Positions 61,049 through 64,000 of a stretch of DNA of 64,000 nucleotides are shown in pieces. The translations under genes were made by a program, and so were the position numbers. The notes beneath the pieces are model-generated. The model was not told the origin of the DNA and did no database searches. It saw only the letters and a program-made list of their open reading frames with translations. Position 1 is the stretch's first letter, and every line of letters begins with the position of its first letter. Source of the stretch: a virus; IMG/VR virus record IMGVR_UViG_3300037869_000009, positions 10,094 through 74,093 of that record, one strand, 5' to 3'.

Positions 61049-63508
61049 TCAGCTACGAAATCCGGCGAACAAAGGTAGATCATCGATCTTGTTTTTGTTC
61101 TTCGCACACAGTTCGGCGAAGACACGGGCCTTACGCTGCTGCGTAGTTTCGACCCAGCCCACATCGGGAAACGCTGCAGCCAACACACGTGCGCTGGCTG
61201 GGTAAATCCGGTTGTCCCAATAGTACCTGCGATCGATGCGCTCCAACGCACCAGGATCCGTGGCCGGAACAGCATCCAGCGTAGTTCCCTGTCGCCCCAC
61301 GACTAGATACGCTACCCGGGATCCTTCCCTGATCTCTTCACCCCTGGCAGCCAGCACGATGGCCACACGAACGTGTGCCGGTTGCGCCTGCAGATCTCGG
61401 GATGCGCCGCACCTGGGACACTTATCGGGTCCATCGACTTCGACGCCACCGAAGTCATAACCGCAGCGCACCTTGCGCCGGTCCATGGCTTTGCAGGCAC
61501 GCCCCGAATAGCGTTGCCGATACTCGGACAGCGCCTTCACGGACTGTGTCACCACGATGTCTTCAACTGCCAAGTCCCCCGTCAACACGCGGTCCTGCCA
61601 GCGCTGCACAAACGCCTGAAGCTCTGCCACCGGGGGCACTGCGGGCCCCAACAACATGCCAATCAGTTCGCGTTGCATCCGCCGCGCAATGCGAACCGCA
61701 TCACCACGCTTGTACTCCAGCCCCTTCACTTCGGGCTTTTTATCAGCGCTAACCGCCTTGCCCTTGTAGACACTGAACGCGCCTGCGTACCGCTTCGCCG
61801 TGACCAACACCAATCTGCGGAACGTCTTTTCAAACTCCAGTTTGAAGTGACATTCCGTAGCACCCAGTTGCCGCGCTAGGGCTCCCCATTCCGCATTCAA
61901 TTCGTTGACTACAACTTCAAACGCTTCGCGCCGGCCCGCTGCAAATATGCTGTCGGTATCCCCGTAGAACGGATCCAGACCGTGGAGCTTGGCACGGTCA
62001 GCGACATGGTGAATCAACCACGCGCCAGTCTTCGTGACCCCTTCGGCAACGTCACGGCAAAAGAAGCGGGTGAAGTTGGACCCCACGATCCCATAGAAAC
62101 TATTGGCAACGATTTTGAATGCACTTGAAAGCCGTTTGTAGTGGTCACTTTCAGGACTCCCGGGGTCCGCTGCATCTGCCTTCCGGGTGTACTCCCCACG
62201 CTTCGTAACCAGCTGGTCCAGCGCCAGCGGAAGCATGCCCCGCTGCGCCTTTGAAAACTTCACCGGTGCCTGATCAAACGGAAGTCTGCAGGCCCCACCC
62301 ACGGGGTCCGGTGCATCCGCGGGAATCATGGTTTCTGGGGACATATTCAGCGTGCGAATGATGCTGGGATACAGAGAAGCAAAGTCCGCCACGTGGACGT
62401 CTTCCACGATGCCAATCCGGGTGGGCTCCATGACGTAGGCGCCTTTGTACGGAGTCCCGATGTGCTCATGCTTCGTGGGCCAGCGGTGCCCGTGCTGGGC
62501 CCCCAGCTTCAACAGGAAGCCGTCCCCTTGCTGGCTGGCCATCAGACTGCGGCTATCCGGTAGACAGCTCGTGATGTGGCACACCGCCAAATGCAAAGCC
62601 ACATATCCTGTCTTAGCTTCAATGCGTGGCAGAAGTGCGGTGTCCTTCCGGTTGTAAGTCATCAGTAGGCGCCGGGACTCGCCCCCCTTCAACCAGGCTT
62701 CCCAGGTGTAGCGCGCATCAAAATCGTCCTTGCCCTCCCCAAGCGTGTGCATGGCAACGTCCTGCAGCTTGAACGATGCTTTTTCGTCCCCGGACTCATG
62801 CGCATGCATGTTGTATTTGCGGAACACTTCGAGGTGATCCAACCAACACCACCGGTTCCACTGCGGGACGCGTCCCCTGGGCCTGCAGTCCAGGTGAGTG
62901 GCGCGCGCCATGATCACTGGGAAATCGAAGCCATCCCCGTTCCACGCAAGTAGGACGTCGGTTTCCCGCGCTGCAGCTAGGAACCCTTCGATCAAGTAAC
63001 GTTCCGCTGCATCGGTGTCGCAACGCAGCCAATCCCAGTGTTCATTTCCACAATGGTCCAGAAAGGCCCACGACAACACGCGGGCTTCGCCAGCCCGGGC
63101 CTGGCTGAACGTTTTCCTAGAATCCGTTTCGATGTCGAACCAACCCAGTCGTGGGGTGGGCGACACGACGTGAATCGGGGAGTCAGTCAGGAAGCGGCGC
63201 AGCGGATTGACGTCTGCTTCAAGAATCGGGACGGGAGGCTGACCCGAACGGCGCGCGCCTTCCTGGATGCGTTCACAGATATCGCGCCGGTCCCACCGGT
63301 TCCTGAAATCAACTCTGGTGTATCGGCCCTGTGACTGCAGTCCGATCACCTGTCGCATGCGCTGCAGGTCACCACGATCGGAATCATCCAAGTCCAGAAA
63401 GAACGCGGCCCACTTCGCTGGCAACACACGAACGGTGGTGACTTCTTCGTGGCGTTCAACCAGGTGGACCGTATCCCGGTCCACCCAGCCGCTGACAAGC
63501 TCGATCAT
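61049..63508 (-). CDS. Family B DNA polymerase
   Basis: Exo DIETDS, WNGDGFD, YN..D; pol DFASLYPSII, KIVANSFYG, YGDTDS. Confidence 0.95.
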   Translation of the reverse strand: MIELVSGWVDRDTVHLVERHEEVTTVRVLPAKWAAFFLDLDDSDRGDLQRMRQVIGLQSQGRYTRVDFRNRWDRRDICERIQEGARRSGQPPVPILEADVNPLRRFLTDSPIHVVSPTPRLGWFDIETDSRKTFSQARAGEARVLSWAFLDHCGNEHWDWLRCDTDAAERYLIEGFLAAARETDVLLAWNGDGFDFPVIMARATHLDCRPRGRVPQWNRWCWLDHLEVFRKYNMHAHESGDEKASFKLQDVAMHTLGEGKDDFDARYTWEAWLKGGESRRLLMTYNRKDTALLPRIEAKTGYVALHLAVCHITSCLPDSRSLMASQQGDGFLLKLGAQHGHRWPTKHEHIGTPYKGAYVMEPTRIGIVEDVHVADFASLYPSIIRTLNMSPETMIPADAPDPVGGACRLPFDQAPVKFSKAQRGMLPLALDQLVTKRGEYTRKADAADPGSPESDHYKRLSSAFKIVANSFYGIVGSNFTRFFCRDVAEGVTKTGAWLIHHVADRAKLHGLDPFYGDTDSIFAAGRREAFEVVVNELNAEWGALARQLGATECHFKLEFEKTFRRLVLVTAKRYAGAFSVYKGKAVSADKKPEVKGLEYKRGDAVRIARRMQRELIGMLLGPAVPPVAELQAFVQRWQDRVLTGDLAVEDIVVTQSVKALSEYRQRYSGRACKAMDRRKVRCGYDFGGVEVDGPDKCPRCGASRDLQAQPAHVRVAIVLAARGEEIREGSRVAYLVVGRQGTTLDAVPATDPGALERIDRRYYWDNRIYPASARVLAAAFPDVGWVETTQQRKARVFAELCAKNKNKIDDLPLFAGFRS

Positions 63509-64000
63509 GCGGCGCCGGAGCGCACGAACTCAGTTGTCAGGCCAATCAAATCACGGCCCTTGGTTTTCACCGCAATCCGTAGAAACACATCGTCCCCGAT
63601 CTCGATCTCTGCGTACGCATTGGCGTGATGCATCGTGACCTTGCCAGCGCTAACCAGCAGAGCGCCGGTATTGGCGTCCTTGAACGGAACTTCACGAACC
63701 TTGCCATCCAACTGCGTCAACAGGGTGACCCGGTTCTCAGCTGCAGGTGCGGCCAGCTTAGCTCCCGCTGGGGCCGGCTTCGCAACTCCATTGGCCCGCG
63801 CTTTCGTCGGTGGCTTGATCTCCGCCGCTTTGCGCTCCACCTCACGAGCTGGGGCACCAGCCTTCGCATCGGCCAACAGCTGTTTCTTCTTCGCGCCTTC
63901 TTCGAGCCCCGCGATCGTCTTCAGCTTGCGGAACCCGACGTCCAAGAACTCTTGCTTCGTGAACTGTTCCACGATCTGGACCATCTGATAAGCCGTCTGC
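63505..64000 (-). CDS. Hypothetical protein, 5'-partial
   Basis: Frame stays open (...QTAYQMVQIV) past the window end. Confidence 0.6.
   Translation of the reverse strand, partial: QTAYQMVQIVEQFTKQEFLDVGFRKLKTIAGLEEGAKKKQLLADAKAGAPAREVERKAAEIKPPTKARANGVAKPAPAGAKLAAPAAENRVTLLTQLDGKVREVPFKDANTGALLVSAGKVTMHHANAYAEIEIGDDVFLRIAVKTKGRDLIGLTTEFVRSGAA

Larger units (their letters stand above)
1..64000. mobile_element. Segment of a temperate tailed-phage genome (head, lysogeny, packaging and replication modules)
   Basis: Portal, MuF, protease, capsid, terminase, integrase, PolB, RecA, SbcCD and dense small ORFs; no host core genes; phage-like content on both window edges. Confidence 0.95.

Overview
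The whole window is a gene-dense, GC-rich segment of a temperate tailed-phage (Caudoviricetes-like) genome; no host housekeeping DNA was recognised. Left (1-13.5 kb, minus strand): virion/head module with portal, MuF/gp7-like protein, XkdF-like prohead protease, scaffold-like proteins, HK97-type major capsid protein, decoration-like proteins and a repeat-rich virion protein running off the window. 13.7-20.3 kb: divergently transcribed small-gene cassettes, nearly all preceded by a 20-bp palindromic operator (GTATCYCAG-N4-GRGATAC, 10 copies) lying in the spacer of sigma70-like promoters; a DUF4258/MqsA-like toxin-antitoxin pair sits at the divergence point. 21.7-23 kb: excisionase-like gene and tyrosine integrase. 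28.3-29.8 kb: non-coding divergent gap holding a tRNA-Glu 3' fragment (candidate attP). 23-43 kb: many small accessory ORFs (Lar-like Zn ribbons, BrxE-like protein, SLOG, RHH). 43.5-47 kb: terminase large subunit with a class-3-type LAGLIDADG intein starting with Arg, and a candidate small subunit. 47-64 kb: DNA methyltransferases, SNase, a truncated RM/DISARM-like methylase N-terminal domain, RuvC, SbcC/SbcD, J-domain protein, RecA, SSB candidate and family-B DNA polymerase. An 18-26-bp perfect palindrome (core TGTCGCCCCGGGGCGACA) occurs 8 times across the window, including inside coding sequences. Several proteins resemble myxobacterial families, suggesting (inference) a Myxococcota host. 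All family calls are by motif recognition without database searches.
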